A stretch of DNA of 63,967 nt, counting the filler, from Octopus bimaculoides (lineage: Eukaryota): assembly GCF_001194135.2 (NCBI RefSeq). It is 8 parts of 8 records of this genome, joined end to end, with 100 filler letters (N's around TTAATTAATTAA, not from the genome) between each part and the next. Parts side by side here need not be neighbours in the genome. Positions count along the whole stretch, not along the records: positions 1 to 23,270 come from NC_069007.1; 7 more parts are not named here. One strand, written 5' to 3'. This document shows positions 1 through 11,921 of this stretch, piece after piece. The position numbers were made by a program, and so were the translations under genes. The stretch's first letter is position 1; each line of letters opens with the position of its first letter. Under the pieces are notes generated by a model that saw only the letters and a list, made by a program, of their open reading frames with translations, was not told the origin of the DNA and made no database searches.

Positions 1-34
<34 letters not shown>

Positions 35-295
35 GTATGTATATATCTGTGTTTGTCCTCAACCACTGCGTGACAGCCAGTGTTGATGTGTTTATGTTCC
101 TGTAACTTAACGGTTCGGCAAAAAAGACTGATAGAATATGTACCAGGCTTTGAAAAAAAAAATTCCTGGGGTTGATTTGTTTAACTAAAAACTCTTCAAG
201 GAAGTGCCCCAGCATGGCCACAATCAAATAACTAAGACATGTAAAAGACAAAAAAGAAAGATATATGTAAGATACAATGTATAATATCCAAAATA

Positions 296-990
296 CAGGG
301 TGGCCACAAAGTCAGGGACCATGGGAAATAACAAGTATGCTTTATTAGCAATGAAGTAGGTAATCCATTAGAAATGTTCAAAGTGTTGGCCATGAAGCTC
401 TAAACAAGTGTTAATACGGAATTTGAAATTGCGAGGAACCCTCTCAAATAGCTCTTCATTGCCATTGACTTGTTCACACGCTTCAACAATTCTTTGAAGA
501 AGATGTCCTTGGTCATGAATCTTTTCAGAATACACAAGAGATTTAATGAAGCCGCAGAAGAAAAAGTCCATGGGAGTAAAATCCGGTGACTGTGGTGTCC
601 ATTCAATTGTCACTCAATGCCCAAGCCATCTCCCTGGAAAATGCTCATTTGGAAAATCACAAACCTGCAATGCATAATGGGGTAGAGCTCCATCCTGCTG
701 AAACCAGACAGGATTTCCTCTTCCAAGTGAATGCACGTGAGGCATCATCTTGTTGCCAAGCATGTCCAGGTATGAATCACCTGTCACAGAGCCCTCGAAA
801 TAAAATGCTCCAATTACTTCATTGTGCCAAATCCCACACCACACCATTACCTTTCCCCCACCTTGTTGATTATCTACCTCCATCCAATGAGGATTGGTTT
901 GTGAGTTGTGAAAAGAGATTAAAAAAAAAGAGAATGTTAGTTAGCAATTTCACATATTGCAGGATGGTGCGTGACTTTATGGCCACCCAG
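296..990 (-). mobile_element. Internally deleted Tc1/mariner-superfamily transposon, DD41D (rosa/Visitor-type), decayed transposase
   Basis: TIRs CAGGGTGGCCACAAAGTCAGGGACCAT (296) and its reverse-complement match ending at 990, with TA on both flanks. ORFs 883-614 and 613-368 are one frame broken by TGA: WFQQDGA...WTPQSPDFTPMDFF, with 41 residues between the two Asp. Confidence 0.9.
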
Positions 991-1106
991 TACATACATA
1001 CATATATATATATATATATTACCCCAGTATCTCTTTGATGGCATGCACTGCTCTCTCACTCAATAATAATAACAATAATAATAATAATAACAATAATAAT
1101 AATAAT

Positions 1107-1530
1107 CTGAAGGCTGGATATAGCACCCTTTAGGAGGGACAAACAAGAATGCTGAATAATTGATGTGGCAGTGCCAGGAGATCAACATATCATGAAAGAA
1201 AGAGAAAAAATTTATAAATATGGTGACCTGAGAATTAAGATCACCAAGATGTGGCAGCTATAAGAGTGAAACGTAAAGGTTGTTTCTGTTGTCATTGGAA
1301 CATTGGGTTCAATACCACCCAACCTGAAGAAACATTGGGACACTTTAGAAATACCCCACAATCTAGGTGTATTGCGAAAATCAGCTTTACCTGGGACAGC
1401 ACACATTGCACAAAGTTCTATCTGCCTGAGGTACCGTGACTTGACAGATGGTACAAATCCCCAGGAGGCACAATGTCTTCAGTCAATGACATCACGATAT
1501 TGGATACTGTGTTATGTTTTAAGTCATACT
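1107..1530 (+). mobile_element. 3' fragment of R4/Dong-like non-LTR retrotransposon (restriction-like endonuclease domain)
   Basis: Decayed translation DIA...IIDVAVPGDQHIMKEREKIYKYGDL...VVSVVIGTLGSIP...LRKSALPGTAHI fits the PD..D REL domain. (AAT)n at the 5' junction and AAT/ATT repeats at the 3' end. Confidence 0.8.
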
Positions 1531-1591
1531 AATAAGAATAATAATTATTATTATTATAACAATACTGTACAGTCATATCCTCATCCGACCT

Positions 1592-1638
<47 letters not shown>

Positions 1639-1779
1639 GACACATTTATGTGTGGGTGTTAGTGTAAGTATGCTTCTGTGTGTATGTGTGTTGGGGGTGG
1701 GGGGGTGATGTAACAGATGACAGTCACATGCAAGCTAGGTTTTGTGTTTGTATTGTCAGAGAAGCAGTGTGATGGAATG

Positions 1780-1822
<43 letters not shown>

Positions 1823-2742
1823 AGCTTTGCATAGAGTCACGTAATGTCTTGGAACTAAGTATGTTTGTACATTTGCATAAACATCAGTCTTTCTTTCTTG
1901 CTTGCTTTCTTCCTCTGTGTGTATGTGTGTGTGTGTGTGCATGTGTGTGTGTGTGTGCATGTATATGTATATATATATTGTGTGTGTGTGTTGCTTTAGC
2001 ATCAAAATGGGCTAACTGGATATCTATGTGCAGTTAGTCCATTTTGATACTAAGGCATAGTTATCTATCGATCTATCTATCTATCTGTCTATTTTTGTTT
2101 GTTTGTTTTTTACGATCCTTTTGATTGAAAATCTACCCCCACTTTTTTTTTCCTTCCTTCTTCTCCCCAAAAAGAAAAGCTCTACTTTGTAACTTGTCCC
2201 CTCTGTGTTCAGCCCTGTGTGGCTAATAAAGAAACATATCTATCTATCTATCTATCATCATCATCATCATTGTTTAACATCTGCCTTCTATGCTAACATA
2301 GGTTGTACAATTTACAGGAGCCCCAGCCAGGTAGAAGATTACACCAAGCTACTGCGTCTGTTTTGGCAGGGTTTTTACAGTTGGATGCCCTTCCTAACAC
2401 CAGCCACCCCACATTATTAATATTATTATCATTATTATTATTATTGTCAAGGCAATGAGCTGGCATGTGTGTGTGTGTGTGTGTGTGTGATTCATGAGAG
2501 AAATGGAAGATGGAATATACAAGAATCTTTATTAGTCACTACAATCGTTTCGACCAATCAATCCCTCATAGGTGGGACACTGTGCAACTGGTTGAGGGGC
2601 ATCCCTTGGTGTAGATGTGTCTCCTCTGGTGATTACTGCATGTTTAGTTCTTGAGCTTTGTGAATAAAAATGGAAAATTGATGGATACTGCTCAATTCTT
2701 ATAGAAGATCAATAACAAAGAGCAGATACAAAAAGAAACAAA

Positions 2743-4670
2743 TCTATATCTATATAGCTGAGTTTGTGAGTGTGTATGTGTGTGTTACATCTATAGAAAT
2801 CCACATTTTCCACTTTTTCGTAAAAATTTCTACATCAATGGAATTTTCTCGATGTGAACTTTCCAGTGCAGTAATTAGATTTTTAAAATTCCGTTTACTT
2901 TGTGTGATTTAAGGGAGATTTAGCTGTTGTTTCTAGGAACTTTTATATTTCTTCCCTTCTACTTGGAATGGCGTTCTTACACATGCGCTCAACATAAAAA
3001 TATAGAGAGTAAAAGTAAAAGAGGGAGAGGGAGAGAGAGAGAAAGTGATACATACAAAGTCATAGATTAAACTTTCCTCTCAGTATTCTTTACCTATTTT
3101 TCATAACATTGATACGTAAAAACACACACAACCACACATACGTGATCTGTGACAACAACATACACATTGCTCTCGTTCTCTATTCATTTCTCCTCCTCTT
3201 CCTCTCTCACTCTCTCAAACGCATACACGTGCAAGTAAACACAATCATTCACAAAAATATAACTCATGTTCGTCAATGTGGCATAACTACAGAGTTGTAC
3301 CCCCCGAAAGGTCATAACTTTCAGAAAAATGAATATTTTTTTATGAAATTTTCTATGCATATATTATTTATTATGTAGATTCCGAATATACAAAAATTTT
3401 CGGTGAAAGTGTTTTGGGAGAGGGTTGGGGGACAATTTTCGGAAATTCCACTTAAATTCTTCTTAACTTCCAGGAAAATGAATATTTTTTTGTGGAATTT
3501 TCTACAAATATACCTTGATGTATGTACATTTCGAGCATGTAGGAATTTTGAAGGAAACAACTGCAGGTTATTTTTGCGAAGTGTTCCCCACTCAGTGGTG
3601 GTTTGGAGCAAGTCATCCATATTTGTTTCATTTTTCTCTATTATGTGTGTAAGTGCATCCATGGATTTCTAATGAATTAATAGGCAGTGAAGAGAAGCCA
3701 TCATAAGAAAACTTTTAACTACCTCTATTCCTTTCTCCCCATCTCTCTACCTCTTCCTCTCTCGCTCTCTCAAACGCATACACGTGCAAGTACACAATCA
3801 TTCAGTAAAATATAACTCATGTTCGTCAATGTTTTGTAAATATACCATGATTTTCACTAGGGTGTTAGGGTTAGGGGTTTAGGGTCAGGGTTAGGGTTTA
3901 GGGTTAGGGTTTAGGGTTAGGGTTTAGGGTTAGGGTTTAGGGTTACTGTTATGGTTAGGGTTAGGATTAGTGTTACGGTTACGGTTTTAAGGTCAGGGTT
4001 AGGATTTTAGGGTTAGAGTTAGGGTTTAGGGTTAGTGTTAGGGTTAGTGTTAGGATTAGAGTTGGGTAATCGTGCAGGTGTTAATCTGAAAAATTACAGA
4101 TTTGTGAAAAGTACCGACTCTGCCATCTATTATAACTTTTGTTGTTCTGTTTAATATATACATAGATTATGCCTCCAAAGAAGAGAGTTTGCTGGGGAAA
4201 GAAAGCAACCTGTTTAAAATGACAGCAACAGACTGCAGCAATTCACCACATTCCAGAAGCTACTTTGAACATAATGCAAAATGGTGCATCAACATTTACC
4301 CAATCTGATAGAATTCTGGCAAAACTGTGTAGCAACAGATCGCCAGCAATTGCTTCATCAGAAATTGCCATCCTAGCTCCTACGAAAAGGGATTACCCTG
4401 CTATGTATAATCAGGGCAGCACAAAAAGTTGTTTTGCACAAGCATTTCTATAGCCAATTACACGGATGAAATTTACGTATGCTTAATAATTTTACGCAAA
4501 ACAGCCTTCAGACTTTCCCTATTAATTTTGTCGTCTTTTGAATTATGAACATATTTACATCATAAAGGTTTTTTCGTTGTAAGGCTTTCTTTTTTAGTTG
4601 ATTTGTACCTAGCAAGAGTTACCGTAGATGGCATAAGTCACACCTGGACAAGGTCGGGTTATACTGCTAG
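2743..4670 (+). mobile_element. Non-autonomous Helitron
   Basis: A|TCTATATCTATATAG start. End has ACCTGGACAAGGTCGGGT (decayed hairpin) then CTGCTAG|T. Internal decayed ORF (4147-4453) contains a helicase-like AILAPT segment. Confidence 0.7.
3858..4066 (+). repeat. Degenerate telomere-like (TTAGGG/TTTAGGG)n array inside the Helitron
   Basis: About 30 mixed TTAGGG, TTTAGGG, TTAGTG and TTACGG units read directly. Confidence 0.9.
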
Positions 4671-5217
4671 TATATAATAAAATGGAAAATAAAGGAAAGA
4701 AACAGTACTTGGATACTGAAGGTAGTCATATGCTTTTATTAACACTGCAAAATCTTTAAAAATTTACTCAGAGTTTTACATTCCTGTTCATCGGACACTT
4801 ATGATCATACTGAATTAAAATTAAAATTGTGATGGTACATGTAATATGATAGTGTTATCATATATAATATTGTGTGATATCTAATATTATATTATATTAT
4901 ATTATACTACATGTGCTATCTCAATTTTAATTCAGTTTGATCAAAACTGTCCGACAAATGGGAACATGAAACTCTGTGAAGATTTTGCAGCTTTAATAAA
5001 AGCACACACACAGATACACACACACACATACATATATACATAAGCACAGGTGTGGCTGTGAGGTAAGAAGCTTGCCTCCCTACCACATGGTTCTGGGTTC
5101 AGTCCCACGGCGTGGCACTTTGGACAAGTGTCTTCTACTATGGCCTTGAGCCAACCAAAGCCTTGTGAATGGATTTAATAGACAGAAACTGAAAGAAGCC
5201 TGTTGTGTGCGTATATA

Positions 5218-5248
<31 letters not shown>

Positions 5249-5986
5249 GTTTTAAATTTGTTAATGGGAACCGTTTTGAATATGCAAATAAAGCTCTTAT
5301 TCCATTATTCTGTCCACAGTCTAATGATGCTGGCTGGTGAACCAGTTTTGAGGGATGGCACCGAACTGTACCAATATAATGTAGGATAAATATAATAATA
5401 ATAACAATAATTTATAAGCATTTAATGCATTGCTATGCATGTTTCCACAAATCCCATGACTTAATATCAGAGTCCATGTTCGTGGGATGATTACAGTGTA
5501 GTCCGTAGTATCCTCAGGTATCAATCATCATCATTGATTCATTTCTTCAGGAGATATAACATTAGTTGATGAACCATAGAGGGATGTTTCTCTCTTTTTA
5601 CCAGTATGAAGGTCAACGCGAGTTATGTGGGTATTTCTGGGTGCATTTGGTGGGGAGGAGAGGAAGGTGATGGGAATAGAAGGAGGAATGGTAGTGATAT
5701 GAGGATGGAGGTGTGTGTGGTGGTGTTGGATTTCTTTTGCAATTCATTCAGCAGATGTTAAGGAGGGGCTAGCACATTCTTTTGTTTGATTTCATTTAAG
5801 GCATGACTATCTTCTATAAATTCTGAACTCAACAGATGGTCAGGGACTGCTGCTTTTACAGTGGGGTTGTTGACTGAATTGAGAACTGCTACTTTCTTAC
5901 GGTGACCTCTTTATTGTTTCTGTTGTACAGTGCATAACATCTCAAATATTTGTTTGGGTTCCTTCGCTGTTCTATAATCTGTTATT

Positions 5987-6300
5987 TCATCATCATCATC
6001 ATCATCATCATCATTTAACATCCGCTTTCCATGCTAGCATGGGTTGGACGATTTGACTGAGGACTAGTGAACCGGATGGCTGCACCAGGCTCCAATCTGA
6101 TCAGGCAGAGTTTCTACAGCTGGATGCCCTTCCTAATGCCAAACACTCTGAGAGTGTAGTGGGTGGTTTTACATGCCACCGGCACAAGAGCTAGTCAGGT
6201 AGTACTGGCAATGGCTATGCTCAAAATGGTGTTTTTTTATGTACCACCTGCACAGGGGCCAGTCCAGCAGCACTGGCAACGACCTCACTCAAATGTTTTT
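5987..6300 (-). mobile_element. VNTR-bearing SINE-like retroposon with (GAT)n tail (family C)
   Basis: Reverse complement of ...GGCATTAGGAAGGGCATCCAGCTGTAGAAAC...GGAAAGCGGATGTTAAATGATGAT, preceded by ~65-bp GTGCC-N3-GGCAC units. Confidence 0.75.
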
Positions 6301-6304
6301 TGTT

Positions 6305-6785
6305 TCAAAATATATTTTCAAACTCCATCAATGATGTTTTCTTCCTACGTTTACATGATATGATCATCTCAGAGGGCCTATTCATCACGTTGTCCCTAGA
6401 TGTGATTATTTCAAGGGTTTCTTCTAGGCATAAGTTGCATGGTGCAGCATTTTTAATAATGGACCAGTTGGTCGTACGTTGCACTCCATTCTGTTTGAGT
6501 CTCCAGACGAGGTTCGATACAGATGTGGAGTGTCTTTTATTTATATTAGAAAATGAAGAGAGATGGTCTCACAGACAATTTTTCATGGTGTCTCCAGTGC
6601 CACCAATCTACACATATTTCTGTGTATCTGTCTTCACCTCACATTTGGACACTACATTCCTTATCATTCAGTTGTTAACAAGGAACGCAAATACCCTGAA
6701 ACCAGGCTGGTCTGCTGGTCCTGTCAAATCGCTCGATGGCAGGGGTTCGCCCCACTGCTCGCACTATATCGGACACAGACTGTGC
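6305..6785 (-). mobile_element. Penelope-like element GIY-YIG endonuclease remnant (Naiad/Neptune-like)
   Basis: Manual translation NN*MIRNVVSKCEVKT..YV*IGGTGDTMKNCL*DHLSSFSNINKRHSTSVSNLVWRLKQNGVQRTTNWSIIKNAAPCNLCLEE..VMNRPSEMIISCK matches the PLE GIY-YIG layout (VY..YIG..H..ST.LS..W..W.I..CxLCxxE..LNxRxE..C). Confidence 0.8.
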
Positions 6786-6844
6786 CGTATCTATCTATCT
6801 ATCTATTTATTTATCTATCTATCTATCTATCTATCTATTTGTCT

Positions 6845-6925
6845 GTCTATCTGTCTTCACCTCACATTTGTACACTATATTCTTTATCATGCAGTTGTTG
6901 TTAAATCTGCAGTTACTCATGATAT
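6845..6925 (-). mobile_element. Second short copy of the same PLE GIY-YIG N-terminal segment
   Basis: SNCRFNNNCMIKNIVYKCEVKTD aligns to 6640-6690. A (TCTA)n tract lies between the two copies. Confidence 0.7.
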
Positions 6926-7481
6926 AAGGAAAAAAATAATATAGATAAAATAATAGCCAGACAGACAGACAGACAGATAGATACGCATACACACACACAC
7001 ACTTAGATATCATCACCATCATCATCATTATTTTACATCTGCTTTTTATGTAGTCGTGGATTGGTCCAACCATTTTCAAGAGTGTACTGTGAGCTATTTT
7101 TGTGGTACCAGCATCAGTGAGGCTGCTTTGCAGCTTGTAAAACTGGAGACCCTAAATGGGGCCTGAGCAACTGAAAGAAGAATAAGAGGAGAGATTGAGG
7201 GTCGGAGGGTATCATAGAAGTGGTGAAGGAGAGAAAAAGAAAGAGAAGCTGGAAGGTGTCACAGAGGTGAGAGGATGGTGTGAGTGAAGAGAAAGTATCC
7301 TAGGCTGTGGAGAGAGTATGGAGGGAGGGATAGAGAGAAGTTAAGGGTATCCCATATGCAGGGGTAGTGAAAGAGAAGGGGAGGTTGGAAGGTTCCAACA
7401 GCAGTGGTAGGAGGGTGGTATGGATGCAAAGAAAGGTTGCCAGGCAGAGAGGCTATGGGAAGAGGATGGTAAAAGAAGGTT

Positions 7482-8597
7482 AAAAGAGGTGAGGCGGAAT
7501 GCAAGGAGGTGTGGAGGAATGCAACGAGGTGTGGAGGAATGTAAGGAGGTGTGGAGGAATGTAATGAGTGGTGGAGGAATTCAAGGTGTAGAGGAATGCA
7601 ACGTGGTATGGAGGGATGCAACGAGGTGTGGAGGAATGCAAGGAGTGGTGGAGGAATGCAACGAGGTGTGGAGGAATGTAAGGAGTGGTGGAGGAATTCA
7701 AGGTATGGAGGGATGCAACAAGGTGTGGAGGAATGCAAGGAGTGGAGGGATGCAACGAGGTGTGGAGGAANNNNNNNNNNNNNNNNNNNNNNNNNNNNNN
7801 NNNNNNNNNNNNNNNNNNNNNNNNNNNNNNNNNNNNNNNNNNNNNNNNNNNNNNNNNNNNNNNNNNNNNNNNNNNNNNNNNNNNNNNNNNNNNNNNNNNN
7901 NNNNNNNNNNNNNNNNNNNNNNNNNNNNNNNNNNNNNNNNNNNNNNNNNNNNNNNNNNNNNNNNNNNNNNNNNNNNNNNNNNNNNNNNNNNNNNNNNNNN
8001 NNNNNNNNNNNNNNNNNNNNNNNNNNNNNNNNNNNNNNNNNNNNNNNNNNNNNNNNNNNNNNNNNNNNNNNNNNNNNNNNNNNNNNNNNNNNNNNNNNNN
8101 NNNNNNNNNNNNNNNNNNNNNNNNNNNNNNNNNNNNNNNNNNNNNNNNNNNNNNNNNNNNNNNNNNNNNNNNNNNNNNNNNNNNNNNNNNNNNNNNNNNN
8201 NNNNNNNNNNNNNNNNNNNNNNNNNNNNNNNNNNNNNNNNNNNNNNNNNNNNNNNNNNNNNNNNNNNNNNNNNNNNNNNNNNNNNNNNNNNNNNNNNNNN
8301 NNNNNNNNNNNNNNNNNNNNNNNNNNNNNNNNNNNNNNNNNNNNNNNNNNNNNNNNNNNNNNNNNNNNNNNNNNNNNNNNNNNNNNNNNNNNNNNNNNNN
8401 NNNNNNNNNNNNNNNNNNNNNNNNNNNNNNNNNNNNNNNNNNNNNNNNNNNNNNNNNNNNNNNNNNNNNNNAATTCAAGGTGAGGAGGAATGCAACGAGG
8501 TGTAGAGGAATGTAAGGAGGTGTGGAGGAATGTAAGGAGGTGTGGAGGAATGCAAGGAGTGGTGGAGGAATGCAAGGTGTGGAGGAATGCAAGGAGT
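7482..8597 (+). repeat. Purine-rich minisatellite, ~17-20 bp unit (GGAGGAATGCAAGGAGGTGT-like), collapsed around a 701-N gap
   Basis: Tandem units visible on both sides of the gap at 7771-8470. Confidence 0.9.
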
Positions 8598-10081
8598 GAA
8601 ATTAGGTAGATGAAGATGGAAATTCTATCAAAGACTACCCACTGAGCTTTTCCTGTAATTCTAAGACTCTGCCAAGTCACATTGAGTCTCTCTGATGAAT
8701 ATGGTAAGAATACATGTGTCTTTCTTTCCATAACCAAATTTGGTCTCATACAGAATTATCTCAATTCTATTGTAATAGATTTCAAATTTTGGCACAGGGC
8801 CAGCAAGTTTGGGGTAGGGGAATAGTCAATTATATTGACCCTCAATACTCAACTGGTACTTATTTTATTGACCCCGAAAGGGGGAAAGGCAAAGTGGACC
8901 TTAGCGGAATTTATTCTATTGTAATATTCTTTTCTACTCTAGGCACAAGGCCTGAAATTTCTGGGGAGGGGGTCATTCGATTAGATCGACTAAGTACACA
9001 ACTGGTACTTAATTTATCAACCCCAAAAAGATGAAAGGTAAAGTCAACCTTGGCAGAATTTATTCTATTGTAATATTAATGACCTGTAGGAATACCATAT
9101 TTCGTTATGCAACTATAATATACCGCAAAGCATATTAAATGTGTTCTACTGTGTTAGCAGTGCTACTACATCATTTGTTAAGGCTATCTGCATATTTTGT
9201 TATGCAAACATAATATAACTAATTGGTGCTCTGTTAGTTATGACAATGAAAGTTCCAGTTGATCTGGTTAACCAAACAGTCTGCGTGTGAAATTAACGTG
9301 CATGTGGCTGAGTACTCCACAGACACAGGGAGATTTGGTATGACAAAGAGTGTGGCAAGGCTAGCCCCTTGAAATACAGGTACAACCCATTTCTGTCGGC
9401 TGAGTGAACCGGAGCAATGTGAAATAAAGTGTCTTGCTCAAGGACACAATGTGCCACTGAGAATTGAACTCAAAGCCTTGCGATTGTGAGCTGAATGCCC
9501 TAACCACTAAACCACACACCTTCACAACCATAATATACTACAAAGAGATAACCTTAACAAGTGATTCTACTGTAGTAGTGTCTACCATTTTTAAATAAGT
9601 GACCTGTGATTTCTGCAACTCACAGAACACTCTCCTCAGTCACACAGTCACTGATTTTGTTACCAACGCCTAAAGACCACTGCTGCATTTTCTAAATATA
9701 TCTGGAAGTCAAGAAATAAATGCACAAATGCCCTAATTTCAATCTGCAAAACATCGGCCAACATCTAAATTCCATCTGGTGAACTTTTAATGATAGACTC
9801 TCCCAGCAGATTGTAAATGACAACTGACGTCAGAGACCACGTGACCCTTTATTTGAAAACGTTCTGAGTGCCATTTAAATTGTTGAGTGATTAGAAGCCA
9901 ATTCTTTTCATTTCCCTAATGAGAACAATCAACCAGACGATCAGCTGAGAAAAACATGAGTGCCTCTGTGTGTGTGTGTGTGTATATATATATATTTATA
10001 ATGTATGATATATTGATAATATATATATATAACATTCAGTTTATATATATATATATATATATTGTTCATACATACATACAC

Positions 10082-10130
<49 letters not shown>

Positions 10131-11858
10131 GATTGTTTATATACATATGTGTATCATTTAAACATTGTTTATACATGTATGTGTGTGTGCATGCACACAT
10201 GCACATACACACACATATATAATGGCAAAAATTGTGATTATTTTTCGCCAATATATAATGCCCATGTCTTGTGTATGATTTTTCCATGGATTCCTTTATC
10301 ATCCTTTGTGTAATTTTTTACTCGTGTATAAATATGGGTGTGCATGTGTATAGACACACACACACACACATATACATACTTACATACACGCACACACATA
10401 TGGAGTGAGAGAGAGATACACATATACATACACACATATATGCATGCACACACACATACATACAACACACTTTGACCTCACTTGGACTTTCTAGCCATCA
10501 CCATCGTTTAAGACATAATGTATCCAGGACTACATTATTGAATGTGTCTCTCCTTTGTCAAGACTGAAGCCAATAAAATGTAATTCAAGGAAAATTTGAC
10601 TGCTATTTCTAGAAGTTCCCTTGTTTTAGAGAAATTACGAAAACTGAAACAGTATGTAAGTCTGTCAATTGGTCTTTATCTCTTTACACATGGTGGACTT
10701 AATCCTAATCCATTTAACATGATTTCTTTTTCTTACCATATTTCTGCAGAAAGACAATGCTTGTTTCAATTAATTTTGAAAATAATGAAGAATTTAATAA
10801 AATAATTTAGTCATTATTAAGCTGGTGTTTGGAATATAAATGAACATGAAATTTTGATTGAAGATTCTTAATTTAAATCACTTTATAGTAGGAAGTTTGT
10901 ATCACACAACCAGGAGCCAGTCTCAGATAGGTTAGTATCAAAAGGGTTAATTGTTTTGTTACCATATTTTTGTTAAGAAGCATTCTACCTTTATTTCAAT
11001 TGAAGAATTTAGTAAAATAACTTTGTTCTTGTTGCAATGTTTAGAACATAAACTAACTTGAAGTTTTGATGGAACATTTTCTGATCACTTTAAAACATTA
11101 CGTTTGTATTATAGCACCAAGGATGATCTCAGGTGGGTAGATATTGAGATCCTAAAACCAAAGGTGCCACAGGAAAAACATTGATATGGGTACTAGTGCC
11201 ACATAAAAAAGCATTGGTGTGGGTGCTGGTGCCACTAAAAAAATATCAGTGATAGTGCCACGTAAAAAGCACCCAGTACACTCTGTAGAGTGGTTGGCAT
11301 TAGGAAGGGCAGCCAGCTGTAGAAACCAAGCCAAAAAAGACTATGGAACCTGGTGTAGCCCCTGGCCTTGCCTGTCCTGTCAAGCTGTCCAACTCATGCC
11401 AGCATGGAAAGCAGACATCAAATGTTGCTGCTGCTGTTGTTGATGATTTTCATTGAAATTCACTGCGTTTGTTTCAGTTAATTTTGAAAATGTAAAAATA
11501 TTCAGTAAAATGAATTTTTTTTTTAAGCTGGTGTGTGAAATATAAATTAACATACAATCTTGATGGAAGGTCTTAATTTAGACCCTTTTTAAAACAAGGA
11601 ATTTGTATCATAAAGCCAGGGGTAATCTCAGATGGGTCAATATCAAAAGGATTGATATGAAAAACAGAGTTGAAATTCATCTATGATGCAAAACTTTATG
11701 CCATGAGTGAGGCTCAGTACTGGTAGCAGACAACTAAGTTAAACTAAAATGTTCAGATTTTCTTTTTTCTTTTTATTAAGTTTTACCTCATACAGCAACA
11801 ACAACAACAATAAACGATTTAAACAGGTTCATGAACTGGTAACAACACAACAGGGTGT

Positions 11859-11921
11859 TTATCTCCTGGTCACTTCTAGTGGAGTTGGAGTCCTCCTGTG
11901 TTACGAAACATGTAGAGATAA
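11859..11921 (+). ncRNA. Degenerate minimal type I hammerhead ribozyme motif
   Basis: TTATCTC / CTGGTCA (core CTGANGA with 2 mismatches) / stem II region with GGAG..CTCC / GAAA-C-AT-G-TA / GAGATAA. Perfect 7-bp stem I and palindromic ACATGT stem III. Confidence 0.5.

Noticed and set aside
3858-4066. Telomeric array as evidence of a chromosome fusion or chromosome end
   Set aside because: It is single-orientation, degenerate and enclosed by Helitron termini.
6300-6944. 214-aa plus-strand ORF
   Set aside because: It is the antisense shadow of the Penelope GIY-YIG remnant plus a (TCTA)n tract.
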